DNA from: Malacoraja senta
Lineage: Eukaryota
Direction of reading: 5' to 3'
DNA: 53,872 nucleotides
NCBI GenBank assembly: GCA_038087875.1
Contig: JAXLNO010000483.1
Coordinates: 62,001-115,872 of the forward strand
A program made the translations under genes and the position numbers. Below the pieces are notes generated by a model, which was given only the letters and a program-made list of their open reading frames with translations, was not told where the DNA came from and did not search any database. Positions 11,713 through 24,904 of the stretch are shown piece by piece (position 1 is the first letter of the stretch; each line of letters opens with the position of its first letter).

Positions 11713-14700
11713 CGGGTTCCGACCCAAAATGTTGCCTATCCATGTTCTCCAGAGATGCTATCTGATCCACTAAGCGATTCCAGCACTCTGTCTTCTTTTG
11801 TAAACTAGCATCTGCAGTTCCTTGTTTCCACATTGCATGGATAAATGTTGATGTTATTTCATATTGTAATCAGAAGTTAGTAACAAAAAACAAAAATCGC
11901 AATAGCTGAAGAAGAAAGTGTTAGTGAGATTGCATAATTTTGGAGTGCTGGACCATTCGAGATTTGAAAGGTGTCATTGAGCAGCTCTGTAGAGTGTGAA
12001 GGATCCGAGAAACTGTGCTATTAAACCTAAAGAGAATTGCCTGAAATTACATAATTAACCACAAATTTCAGTTTACAAAAATCACCCTGAAGCTTAATGC
12101 TTCTGTGAAGTGCGCTGATTTTTAATCCTCCACTGGGGGGAAATGGATTTAGTTGCTGAAAGCTGAGATGGTGACTTGCCAAACAATAGAAAATGCACTT
12201 CCCCAGAGAATGTGCATTCAGTTTCACAAAAGATTTGATTCTGAAGGGTACCATATGAAATCTGAATTTTGCACCCATAAATAGCACAATTGATGATTCA
12301 CAACCATAAGGACATGGAAGCTCAGTCAATTACTGATCACGTTTAATTATTTTTAACCAGTAACAGGTGCAGCTGAATGCATGAGTGTGTCCTTCAGCAA
12401 AACTGTATGATGATCATCCCATCATAATTCTGTCTCACACTTGCAAATTCACTAATGTTCTTAGAATTTGTGTTAACCTATCCCAATGTTTTTTTTAAAT
12501 TATACATGATTTGTGTGAGATTTTGCTCACTTCACATTTATTGTGAGGAAGCGTCACCAGTATGGAGGAAAAGATTGTAGTCAAAATGTGCAACTGCTGG
12601 AACTCTTCCTGTTCCAGCAAATGAAAAAGTGATGAATGATGCCTCTCTTTGGCCACCAATTGTGTTGTTTGGCAGCAGTGCACGAATTAGCTCATTCCTG
12701 ACTTCCATGCTTGTGCTTAGCAGAACTGGGGAACAAGCTAGCTCAGATTGGTCAGATGCTAGCTGGTCTGGCCCCAAGGTGGACTCCAGACATGTTGAGC
12801 GGAGGGGCTGTACACACTTTTATCTGCCAGCGAAATCACAGCCGACGTAAACTACAAAGGTAACTGCAAGCAATGTTTCTGCAGTTTGTTGAAAAAATCT
12901 AACCCATCTCAGCTCAGTCCTTGCCCTCCACCCCATGAGTTGTACAGTCCTGAAAATCAAACACAATCCTAAAAATAGTTAAACTTGAGTTTAAAAAAAA
13001 GTTAAACTTGAGTTAAATAAATAGTTAAACTTGAGTTAAATCTAAAAGATAAATATCATTAAGAAATTGATGTATTCAACACACCTAGTTATTGTTAATT
13101 AATTAAAAATAAATATACAATGACCTAAACTAATGCAAACAAAAAAAGACCTTTTTAATGTCAATGGTCCAAATAAAGGACCAATGAATGAATCAAATGA
13201 ATAGGACCAAATAAAGGTGAGTTGCTAAATATGGGCAGAGCAACAGATCCAGTATCCGCACATCCGATTCTAACACGCATGCTGTGCCCAGGTGTGGAAG
13301 TCTGGAATGATCCGATATGCAGACTGTAACTAATCAGAAGCCTTCAATGAAACAAGACTAGCCATGAGTGTGTGAATCATGCTGCTGATATTGTCTATCA
13401 CTTAAATACATCTCAAAGTAAATTATTTTTTTCATTTTTATTGTTTTTACATTTTATTTGTTTGGGAAGCTATTGGAGTAGTCTAGCCAAGTAATTTTGT
13501 TTATGTGCCAGTGATGGAAGGAGTGAATATAAACAATGATGGATGTAGTACCTGTCAAATAAGCTGTTTTGAGTTAAGTTCTTTGAGTAGTGTTGGACTG
13601 GCACTCAACGAGGCAAATGAATAGTATCACACTTGAGAGCCTGCTAATGCTGGAAAAGCTTTGTAATGTCAGAAAAAGACACACTTCTCACTGAATCTCC
13701 ACGCTCTGACCTACTTATGGTAGTCAGAATATGTAGGCTTAACACAATTGAGTTTCTGGTCAATGGTGACCATTGGATTGTTTGTGATAGAATGTTTGGC
13801 AATGGGAATGCCATTAAAGAGGTAGATGGACTCTAATGTTGACATTTGCTGTGTAATAGATGTGTGATGCAATTGTTACTTGCCTCTCATCAGCTTATAC
13901 CAGGATGTTAGCTGAATCTTGGTGCCTATAGATATGAACTGTTGCATTTACTGAAAAATGTAACATGTTTGTAAGTACACAACCCTGCTTCTGACTTTCT
14001 GATGAGAGGAATGCAATCGGAGGAGCAGGTGAAGGTGGTTGGACTGAGGATACTGCCTTCAAGAGTCTGCAGTGAGATTTTCGGCTGAGGATGATTAACA
14101 ATTACAGCAGTTTCCCTTTGTGTGAGATATATTTGCAACCTTTGTATTTTTTACTCCTTAATTTTAGTTTTTCTAGGACTCCTTCACTTGGTCAAATATT
14201 CCCCTGGCAGTCCCTGTTACCTCACCCTTGATATTCAGTCTTTTGATCCACAGTAAGACTGATGAGATTAAGAGACAAACAGTCTTTTTGAAAACCAAAT
14301 CGAATATTAGTGGTTAGATCATTGGTAATGGCACTTGATAATGGTGTCAATAACACCTTCCATTACTTTGCTGTTTGCCATGAGAAGACTGATGGGTGCA
14401 GTAATAAGTTGGATTTGAATTGGACGGGAAATAGCTGGCCAGAATGCCACATTGTAAGGTAGATGTCATTGTTCATTAAGCTCCAGTTACTAGGATAAAT
14501 AATGTTAAAAATCTTTATACTGTTATTTTTGCTAAAAATAAATATATGAGAGTCTGTCATTCTTTGGAATAGGGATTCATAATTTGAGTCCCTATTCCCT
14601 ATTTGAGTCCCTATCATCCCTCTGAAAGAGTGGATGATAACATTTCAACAATTAATTTTCAAACTATATACACATCAATCAAAACAAATCATCCTGATAT

Positions 14701-14785
14701 ATAAACTCACTCAGACAAAATAAACACTCCAAGGTTATTTCTCTAAGATAACCAACTCGGCCAATTTTTTTCCAATTTTTTCCTC

Positions 14786-16185
14786 AGGGTTCGGTGCTGT
14801 GCCCATTGCTGTTTGTCATCTTTATCAATGATTTGGATGAGAATGTACATGGCATGATTTTAGCACGTTTGCAGATGACACAAAAGAGGGTGGTATTGCA
14901 GATAGTGAAGATGGTTGTCTAAAATTTTAGTAAGATCTGGATTGGTTGGGCAGGTGGGCTGAAGAATGGTTAGCAGAATGAATTACAGAGAAATGTGAGA
15001 TGTTGCATTTTGGGAAGTCTAACATGGGCAGGACCTAGACTGAACGATAAGGCTCTAGGCAGTGTTTTAGAGCAGTGGGATCTAGGAGTGCAGGTACATA
15101 GTTCCATGAAAGTGGCATCACAGGTAGATAGGGTGGTGAAAAAGGCTTTTGGCACATCGTCAAACTATTTAGTATAGAAGATAGACACAAAATGCTGGAG
15201 TAATTCTGGATCTGGTAGCATCAATGGAGAAAAGGAATAGGTGACGTTTAGGGTCGAAACCCTTCTTTGGACTGAGACTCCGCCTCTCCCCTACCCCAGT
15301 AATCCTGCCAGTTCCATTGTTTGCATCCATATATCCCTTCATTATCACCTCTTTCACAGCCAACAATGAACCAATGTGGACTCCACCTTTCATTGGTAAT
15401 CGGTGCCGGCTCTGATTTGTTCTGAACCGTTTCATACCTCTGGTTTCCCTCCGCCCTGACTCTCAGTCTGAAGATGACCCAAAGCGTCACCTATTTCTTT
15501 TCTCTAGATATGATGCCTGACCCACTGAGTTACTCCAACGTATTTTCAGTGTAAACCAGCATCTGCAGTTCCTTCCTACACACAATTGAGTATAGACGTT
15601 GGTAGCTCATGTTGCAGTTATGTAAGACATGGCTGAGGTCACATTTAGAGTATTGTGCTCAGTTTTGAACACCAAATTATAGAAAAGATGTTGTCAAGCT
15701 GGAAAGGGTGCAGAGAAGATTTACGAAGATGCTGTCTGGTTCGAGGGCCTGAGCTATACTGAGAGATTGAGTAGGCTAGGACTCTATTCCTTGAAGCGCA
15801 GGAGAATGAGGGGTGATTCTATAGAGATGTACAAAATCATTAGTAGAATAGATAGGTTAAACGCACAGTCTCTTGCCCAGAGTATGGAAATTGAGAACCA
15901 TAGGACATAGGTTTAAAGTAAGTACTGCAAGAGATTTAATAGGAACCTGAGGGGTAACTGTTATACACAAAGGGAGGTGGATGTATGGAACAAGTTGCCA
16001 GAGGGGTTGGTTGAGGCAGGTACTATGGCAACATTTAAGAAACATTTAGACAGGTAAATGGATACGATAGATTTAGAGGCATATGGGCTGAATGCAGGCA
16101 GGTGAGACTAGTGTAGATGGGGCATGTTGGTCGTTATGGACACGTTGGGCCCAAGGGCCTGTTTCCATGCTGGATGACTCTATGA
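14786..16185 (+). mobile_element. Old CR1 3' portion interrupted by a Penelope-derived hairpin repeat (~15174-15582)
   Basis: cagggttcggtgctg (QGSVL), tttgcagatgacacaaa (FADDTK), gagtattgtg, gggtgcagagaagatttac, tail ggcctgtttccatgctg..gactctatga. Confidence 0.8.
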
Positions 16186-16484
16186 ATCGGCTGAGTAGCC
16201 AAGCTATTTCAGAAAACAGTTTATAGTCAATGTCATTGGTGGTTGGATATAAGCCAGTTAAGGTTGAAAGATTGTCAGACAGCTGTTGGTGACCTTATGG
16301 GTAATTATAACAATCTAGAAGTTTTATGGTCATCATTACAGGAATTATCATTTTAAATGTCGAAGAAAAGTACTTTAAATTCCATTTCTGCTGTGATGGG
16401 ATTTAGACATGTGTCACTGAATTATGACTCTGAATGTCTGTCCACTATCTTGACCATTAAGCTAACACTGGTAAAATGAAATGA

Positions 16485-16612
16485 AAAGGAACTGCAGATG
16501 CTGGTTCATACCAAAGATAGATACAAAATGCTTGAGTGACTCAGCGGTCAGGCAGCATCTCTGAAGAAAATGGATAGGTAATGTTTCAGGTCGGGACCGT
16601 TCTTCAGACTAA
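16485..16612 (-). repeat. Penelope pLTR-derived repeat
   Basis: aaggaactgcagatgctgg...ggcagcatctctg...gtcgggaccgttcttcagac. Confidence 0.65.
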
Positions 16613-19600
16613 TTGTAGAGACTGGTAAAATGACAGCGGAATGCTACTCTTCAACTTTTGATAATGTGGAAGAATAGCTGGACAGTATTGTAACATCACC
16701 TTGGTAAGGTAAAGTAAAAATAGTTAAACTTTATGAAGCACTTTGGATATATATTTTAGGGTTTCCTTTAGCTTTGTAAGTAAGTTCTGCAAGAGCATTG
16801 AGAAATGACAGCATATCAGAAAACAAGAGTATGTAGTGCCAAATCTGGGTACTCAAAGATATTGCAGTGCATTCAAAGATACAGGAATCTTTATTTGAGG
16901 AAAAATAACCATATTTCAATAAGACAATTGCTCGTGAAATAAGATACAAGCAATCTATTGCTTGAGGGATACCAAAAAACTCAGTCACAACATCAGTTAT
17001 GAATTCTAACACATTCTCCAAGTTAAATAAAGAACATATGGCACTCCATAAGGTACAGGATTCTCTGCTTATCAAAATAGACTATTAACTTATAAATAAG
17101 TTAAATTAAAATAAAGAATAGATAGCTATATTTTGCAAATCCTGATTACAGGTCTTTTAAAGCAGGAAAGTTTAAATGTTGGATTTATGTCATTCTGCCC
17201 CATTAACATTGAAAGTCACCATCAATTCCAAACATGATTGCATTTTACTAAAGCTACTAAACTTGATGTATATGCAGTTATTGACAAATTCAATATAATA
17301 ATGGCAAATAATTTGAATTTGAATACCTCCTATTTCCTACACAAACCTTAATTGTATTTTACATGGATAAAGAAGAACATTGCAACAATAAGTTACAACT
17401 AGTTAGTCTAAAATGTTGAATATCTGAAAAGAGGGACAGAGGAAAAAACATATTTTGGCAAAATGTATATTTAAACCTAATCTTCAACTTCACCAGGGCA
17501 TCATGCCATTCTTGATAGGAGAGCTAACCAGAAATCAACATCTTCTTCCTGCGTTCTCAACTTTGTATTTTTCTGCTGCTGGCTTTGTCATGATTTTAAC
17601 GTGTTAACATAATTAATCAGGTGATCATTTTGGCTTGTTCATTTCTGACTTAAAAGCAATGGACTTGGAGAAGAAGGAACGTGTAGAGGAAGTACTCTAG
17701 ACAAGTATTTGGTCAGCATTCATGAAAAAGATATGCCAATACTGGTATGGTATCGTTAAACTAAAGTCTGAGGCAAAGTAGAAGAACAGCACCTCATATT
17801 TCAGATTTTGTACTTCATTTGCAGGGAATTTCACAGTGCAATCCGAGCTGAAGGTGTGTTGTCTTCAGCTGCCACTTGAGAGGGATCAGCGAGCTGAAGT
17901 ATGGCTGTCCATAAATAATTATGTATTCATTCATTTCACAGCATTCCCATCTCATTTATTTTCCGAATAAGGCAATCTCAGATCAACCCGTAAGATGGCA
18001 CAGTGCACAAGCACTAAACTTGATGTATATTAAGGTTAATACGGCCATTGCATGATGTATGTACACATTTTGTCTAGCATCTATCACCCCATCACCTTGG
18101 TTATATAGGGAAAAGAAGCACGCGGAATGTCAGCTTCTATGAGCATATAATTAGCTCAGGATGTTTCATGCAAGTTACAATATATTTCACATATAATACA
18201 AGCAAGAAGGGATATTTTAATAGTTGTGTGGACATGCCTTACATTTTGAGACATTTTTATTTTACTTGTTTTTATTCTCGCTGTGATTCTTGACTCTTCC
18301 CTCTTTAAGATATTGATTCCTTGCAGGAATGGTACTTCATTTGCCTTGAAATGTATTGCTTAAATTATGTTTATCAGGTGTGAATGTTGGTTTTATTGGT
18401 AGTTTCAAAAACAAAAACATCTCGGGCCTTTTTGCATTTTGGTTTCCAGTTTCCACAGTAATCAACCACAAGGCATCCTAGTCGGGCCGCATTCATTCCT
18501 CATCTCCCACCCACACTTGTATTTGCACCGAGTCGCTGGATGTTGATTAGAAATAGAAACTTCCATCCACACTCCAACCCAAATGCTGAGAGAGATTTAA
18601 AACGCTTCCTTCTGTATAACTACCATTTTTTGTAACAAAATAATAGAAATACTATATACATTCTTGTTTTTGTAATCTTTCCGTCCATCTATTGATTTGA
18701 ACAAAAATTGGTCAGCCACTAGACCAACATGAGGAATAAAAAGGTCTCCATTATATGTGTTGGCCACAAATTCTGCTGAGTTGCCAATATCAAACAAAGT
18801 TCTTGCAGAGGTTTTGAAGATGATGGTCGGGCTCTGTCCGTAGAGGTGAATCTTTGATCTGTTGCACCCTGCATCATTTGACAGGTGGTTTAAAATTCAG
18901 ACATAAACACTCATTGTGAGGAGAGTAGCTCACATTGACATCCTGAATTTTGTAGTCTTCCAGCTCCCCATCCTCCCTCACAACCAGTCCGAAGAAGGGT
19001 CCAACCGGAAACATGGCCTATTCATGTCCTCCAGATGCTGACCCACTGAATTACTCCAGCCCTTTTGACAAAACACTGCCGCTGCGTTCTCAGTTGGTGC
19101 ACAAGGAATTATGGCAGAAATCTCACCAAGGACTTGTGTCTCTTTCTGCCTCGTGCTTTCTACATTTAATACTTGAATGAGAAATTAACTCATAGTTAGT
19201 GAATTCAGTTTGGGATCCTCTACGTTTAGTAATAATTACTATTCTGCAAAGTAACAAATCAGATGTGATGCACAGAATCATTTTATTGATGTATTATTTA
19301 ATTCAAATTTTTCTTCTTGTGTTTTACATTTTATTTTGTTTCATGTACAAATAGAAAGAAACTTAGAATAGTCACATATTAAGGGCATCATTTGATGTGA
19401 AAAATATAAAACAGTGAAAGATCTAATAGCAATACTGCTGCCTGTTCTTTGGTGTGCCTTTATTAATGTACTAATTGATCTCCCATGACGTGCTGACTTT
19501 GTCTGAGTTCTGGAATATATTTACAATGTTTACCTCCCCTATTTCTTTAAGGTCACTGATTCATTAGAGATTAATTAATCTTGATTAATTTGGGAGCCGA

Positions 19601-19794
19601 AGGTTTTTTTTCCATGGAAAGAAGTGATGTCGCCTCAAGTTTAAAATTACCATATAAAGTTTAGAATTACCATATAAGATATGATATGTGCGAGGGACTT
19701 AATTTTAAACCTACACAAAGGGAATAAAGTCTAAGTTAAATTTTAGATATAGCTAAGAGAGATATCATTTGACCATATATATATATATTTTATA

Positions 19795-20162
19795 TATAGA
19801 ACATAGAACAAGACAGCAGAGGAATTGATCCTTCAGCCCATAATGTTAGTGCTGAACATGATGCCGTTAAACTACTCTCCTCCATATCCCTCCATTCGCT
19901 GTATATCGATGGGACTGTACAACATGGAACAGACCCTTCGCCCCACAACGTCATGCCGAACATGGCGCAAAGACTAACTCTGTCAGAACATAATCCACAT
20001 TCCTCCATCCCCTGCATATCCTTGTACCTGTTCAAACATTTTTTAAATGCCACAATCGTATCGGCCCCCACCACCAGCCCTGGCAGCCTGTTCCAGGCAT
20101 TCACCACACTTGGTGCAAAAAACCCGTGCCCCACACATCTACTTTAAACGTTGTCCTTCTCA
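19795..20162 (-). mobile_element. CR1 3'-end fragments (two tails)
   Basis: atagaacatagaaca tail; minus-strand ORF has VVNAWNRLPG...FKK, the CR1 ORF2 C-terminus. Confidence 0.75.
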
Positions 20163-20289
20163 TGGTCGCCAAGTCAAACTTGGTCTCACTGATGGACAGG
20201 AGGTCACATCGGGAACATCAGTTGCAGCAGATGAGGTGAGAGGAAGTGCACTTGAACCTCGGTCTCACCTGGAAGGACTGCTTTTTTTA

Positions 20290-20981
20290 AGGTCAAGCGT
20301 AGACTCGGTGACCATTTCGCTGAACACGTGCTTGATCCACCAAGGCCTATTGGATCTCCCAATTGCTAACCATTTTAACTCCTCTTCCCATTCCCATAAT
20401 GACCTTTCTGTCCTGGGCCTCCTCCATTACCAGAGTGAGGTCACATAAATGGGAGAACAGCACCTCATATTCCACTTGCGTCGCTTACATCCCAACTTTA
20501 TGAACATTGAATTCTCCACATTAGGTAATTACTAACCACTCTTCCCCCACACCTCTGCCTTCTTTCCCCACACAACCCCTCCCTCTCTTGTGCCCCAAAT
20601 TGACACACCTATTTTGCCCCTCTCCCTCTCATTACACCTACATTCCTTCTTTGAACTTCGTAATTCATAACTCTTCAATTCTTTTGTCTCACACCTTCGG
20701 TCTTTTCATTTCTTGCCTTTGTCCAACCATCTGCTTATCAAAATCCCCCTACAACTGTCTCAGCTTATTACATGCCAGGCTTTGTCCTGGCTCTCCTCTT
20801 TTCCAAGTTTCTTCCACCCCTCAACACCCCATCCCCCTTCCCCCTTCCCCCACTACAATCGGTCGTAATGCAAAATGTCACATATCCAAATTCTACAGAG
20901 ATGCTGCCTGAATCGCTGAATGACTCCAGCTTCTTGTGTCAGTCTTTGTAAATCAGCATTTGCAGTTCCATGTTTCTACAA
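20290..20981 (+). mobile_element. Penelope-like element 3' fragment and pLTR
   Basis: caagcgtagactcggtgaccatttcgctgaacac (KRRLGDHFAEH), PIANHFNS..HSH, gaacagcacctcatattcc, then the pLTR repeat. Confidence 0.75.
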
Positions 20982-21136
20982 AGTCCTTTGGAGCTACATC
21001 AGGACTTCCTGGCTCTTCTATGGAATTCCCTAACCCATGAATACAAGCATACCATATGCCTTATTTACCACTATCTATTTTTCTTCCACTTTCTGTGATT
21101 TACGGTCTAAAACTCCAAGATCCCGCTGTATGTGAA

Positions 21137-21724
21137 CAGGGGCCGCGGAGCGTTTTTGAAAGTGGGGGGGCCGAGCGATCACTGATCACTGGCCTCGGGG
21201 GTGAGGGTGTGGGAAGGGAGCATCCTAAAGACTTTTTGGGAAAAGTATGACTTCAATGTTTTTTGTTTGAATTATTTTTAAGATAATAGGAGCAGGTGAT
21301 TATTATTTTTGTTATTGGCCACTGGTTGTCCTCCAGGATGCACCGAGCTGCAGCCTGGTCCATGCCGGTCACCAGGGTGAATTCGGCGCAGAGACTCTCA
21401 CGGCAGCGGTGCAACGCTTCCTCCTCGCCTTCGACCCGCGGCCCTGCCGCCTCCGACGGCCCGGGACTCTTGCACTGAGGCTGCTCCATGACCGGAGCTG
21501 CAGCGAGCATCTCGCTAGCCTTGCAAACACTTGCCAGCCCTGGCTCCCCGTCCGCATCTGCCCCCACCGCTGCTTCTGCTTCCATCCCTCCCTCCGCCCC
21601 AGCTCTCCAACTACCAGGTTGCTCAGAGCACAGCAGCGCCTCGTCCAAAGCCGGAGACACTGAAACATGTCTAGCCAAAAAAGTGGGGGGGCTGCACCCC
21701 CCCCCCCCGGTTCCACGGCCCATG
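21137..21724. mobile_element. Non-autonomous TIR element (hAT-like termini) with captured host sequence
   Basis: Left TIR CAGGGGCCGCGGAGC vs reverse complement of right end CATGGGCCGTGGAAC (12/15); TGTGAA at 21131-21136 and 21725-21730; sits inside a CR1 fragment. Confidence 0.78.
21319..21585 (-). pseudogene. TDP2: Captured TDP2-like N-terminal fragment (partial UBA-like domain)
   Basis: ATG at 21585; translation MEAEAAVG...EEEALHRCRESLCAEFTLVTGMDQAAARCILEDNQW resembles recalled TDP2 RRLLCVEFASVASCDAAVAQCFLAENDW; GC/CpG-rich against AT-rich flanks. Confidence 0.7.
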
Positions 21725-22039
21725 TGTGAATACTGTTAAGGGTCATGTCATTAATTGTAAATTTTCTCTTTATATTCAACCTCCCAAAGTACAGTACTTC
21801 GTACTTGCTCGGATTAAACGCTTATCTGGCAACCTTCCTCACATTCTTAAACCCCAGCAATCTTGATGTCTTCTGAAACCCTATTAACCAATCCATCTAC
21901 GTTTGTCCAAGTCATTTATAAATATCACAAGACTCCAGAGGTCCCAGCACATATCCCTCAGAACTTCACTGGTCACAAACCTCATGCCTGAATACTGTCG
22001 TGCCACATAATCCTCTGCCTTTTATCAGTAAGCTAGTGC

Positions 22040-23660
22040 TACTCAGCATGGTTTAAACTAGAATGGCAGGAGGGTGTGCACAGGAGCAGCAGGTCAGCAA
22101 ATCGAAGGGCTGATGAGAAAGTGGAGGGTATGATAAATAAGTCTCAAAGGAAGCCCAAGCAGGGAGAGGTTCATGAATATGGTAATAATGGAGTCCTGAA
22201 GTATGTTTACTTCAATGCAAGGAGTATTGTGGGTAAAGATGATGAAATTAGAGCCTGGATCGGTGCTAGGAATTATGATGTTGTAGCGTTCACGGAAACC
22301 TGGTTGCGAGGGGACCATAACTGGCAATTCAACGTGCCTGGGTTTCAATGTTTTAGATGAGATAGAGAAGAGGGTAAAAGAGGTGGAAGAGTTGCTTTGC
22401 TCAGCAGAGTCACGGCAGTACTCAGAGAGGACACACTGAGGCTCAAAAATAAGAAAGGAGAAATGACTCTTAATCGGATTATATTACAGGCTACCCAAAA
22501 GCCAGCAGGAGCTAGCGGATCAGATACGTAGACAGATTACGTAAGGATGCAAGAACCACAGGGTTGTTGTAGTCGTTGACATTAACTTCCCCAATATTGA
22601 CTGAGACTTACTCAGGGCAAGAAGATTAGATGGAGCAAAATTTGTTAGGTGTATCCAAGTAGGTTTCCTTAAACAGTATGTGGTTACTCGGTGACGATAC
22701 TGGACCTTGTCTTTGGAAACGAGCCTGGTCAGGTGACTGGTGTTGCAGTGGAAGAATTTGGTGATAGTGATGACAACCCCATAAGTTTTAACTGAAGATA
22801 GACACAAAATGCTGGAGTAACTAAACGGGTCAGGCAGGATCTCTGGAGAAAAGGAATAGGTGATGTTTTGGATCGAGACCCTTCTTCAGACTGAGAGTCA
22901 GGAGAGAAGGAAACTAGGGGTATAAAAAAGTACAAAGAACAAATGAAAGAAAGATATGAAAAGAACAAATCAAAGCCAACTACGAGAAATGCTGCTCTAC
23001 AACATCATGAAGAACATTAAAGTGGATAAGTCCCCAGGGCCTGATGGGAACTATCCCAGGTTATTGAGGGAGACAAGAGAGGAGATTGTGGGGGCTTTGT
23101 TGAAGTCATGATGCAGCTATATAGGACTTTGGTTAGGCCGCATTTGGAGTATTGTGTGCAGTTCTGGTCGCCCCAATACAGGAAAGAAGTGGAGGCTTTG
23201 GAGAGGGTGCAGAGGAGGTTTAACGTAATGCTCCCTGGATTAGAGGGTTTTGGCTACAGGAAGATGTTTGATAGACTGAGTGTTTTCTCGTGAATGTCGG
23301 AGGTCGAGGGGAGCCTTTATAGAAATATATAAAATGATGAGAGGCATAGATAGGGTAGACACTCAGAACCTTTTTCCCAGGGTGGAAAAGTCCAATACTA
23401 AAGCGCATAGTTATATGGTGAGAGGGAGAAAGTTTAATGGAAATGTGCAAGGCATGGGTTTTTTTGACCCAGAGTGTGGTGAGGGCCTGGAATGCAATGC
23501 CAGAGGTGGTGGTGCCAAAGATATGATAGTGGCATTTAAGAGGCTTTTAGTTTGGAAGTGCAGGGAATAGTGGGATATGGGTCATGCGCAGGCAGATAAG
23601 TCATGTTCGGCATAAACATTGTGGGCCGAGGGGCCCATTCCTGTTCCATGTTCTGAATCC
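22040..23660 (+). mobile_element. CR1 LINE with AP-endonuclease region and 3' end, internally deleted
   Basis: YFNARSIVGK..YDVVAFTETWL (endonuclease), KSPGPDG-like at ~23025-23050, LVRPHLEYCVQFWSP; interrupted by a Penelope-derived repeat at ~22795-22980. Confidence 0.85.
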
Positions 23661-24030
23661 ATCGGACCATGTCACTGTTAATCCTGTGCATCTTAATATT
23701 CTGGATCAGTCTACCATGGGGGACTTTGTCAAATGCCTTAATAAAATCCATGTAGGCAACATTCACTGTCCTACTCTCATCAATCACCTATTTCTGTCTC
23801 TCATAATTTTAAATACTTCTATCAGGTATTCACTCACCCTCGATGCTCCTGAGTAAACAATCCAAATTTGTCCATACTCTAATAACTAATTCCCTCTAAT
23901 CTGTCAGTATTGGGCATACACGCTTCTACACCGTCTCGAGCCGAACAGCCTGCACAAATACTCCCAATGTGGCCTAACCAAAATTTTATAAAGCTGCAAC
24001 ATAATTTCTAGGCTTTTACACTCAATGTCG
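23660..24030 (-). mobile_element. CR1 fragments
   Basis: Minus-strand YMDFIKAFDKVPHGRL. Confidence 0.7.
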
Positions 24031-24453
24031 CACAGAAACATACAAAAGCTAAATAATTAGATTAACTGTATCTGGCTTTGTAAACATTTATTCATAAAAA
24101 ACAAATTTGGACTTCAGAGGTTATTTCCATGTACAGGAAGTACTGCAGACCTATTGAGACCTATTAGCTCTAAGTTAACAAATACTTTTTTTAATGAAAG
24201 TATCATTAAACATTTAATTAAAACTCAATGAAATGAAGGCCATAAATAAATGAGTGACTCAAATTTATCTTCCAAATAACAACAGCTTTTTAAAATATTT
24301 TACAAACTCTTTAATCATATAACTAAACATGGTTGAGCGAATTGCAGTTATTATCTGTAAATATTACTAGTAATAGATGAAAGTATATTTGGCAATTTTG
24401 TAAATGTTCTGAGGTGGATTTGTTTTCTTATTTGAATTTATTTCTGTGTTTAG

Positions 24454-24578
24454 TTTCAGATCAAAACCTCAAGAGCAGTTTGGATGCTATGGAGCGGCAA
24501 ATTAAGCGTCTTGAAAATGACATCAAGAAATTTTCTGAAACAGATGATGAGCATGATAAATTTGTGGAAAAAATGTCC
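24454..24578 (+). CDS. DIAPH2: Internal coding exon of a diaphanous-related formin (FH2 region), most similar to DIAPH2
   Basis: Encodes (V)SDQNLKSSLDAMERQIKRLENDIKKFSETDDEHDKFVEKMS, resembling recalled human DIAPH2 VSAQILKSNLASMEQQIVHLERDIKKFPQAENQHDKFVEKMT. Pyrimidine-rich tract and TAG acceptor at 24451-24453; ATATCCTTT donor directly after the exon. DIAPH family assignment is firmer than the paralog call. Confidence 0.88.
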
Positions 24579-24587
24579 ATATCCTTT
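24579..24587 (+). promoter_or_regulatory. U12-type (minor spliceosome) AT-AC 5' splice site
   Basis: Exact ATATCCTTT consensus at the point where DIAPH similarity ends. Confidence 0.88.
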
Positions 24588-24904
24588 TTCAGGCATTACA
24601 TGAAAAAAATAATATACAGTAGAAGTTATACTGATCACTATTTCTCAAGATCAGTCACGTAGAATGATTAATGTTTGGCTTTATGAAACTGGACCCATCT
24701 GACAGCAGCACCCTTTGTATTAGTCTCCTGCTCCTACCTGCAAACTAAGGTAGGTCTTTGGATCCAGTAAGGTTGGAACTAGAGAGATCTTTAGTTGTAC
24801 AGTCAGAATATTCCAATGGCCAGTTTAAGTGAGTTTAGCAGATGTACTCTGGCAGTGTTTTGGGATGCTTTGCGATCAATGGCTCCAAACCAACTAAACC
24901 CATA

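Noticed and set aside
16731..18797. Short minus-strand ORFs 16731-17075 and 18597-18797 as exons
   Set aside because: No recognisable homology or convincing splice context.
24414..24662. 82-aa ORF as a standalone gene
   Set aside because: Only 24454-24578 is formin-like; the flanks are intron read-through.
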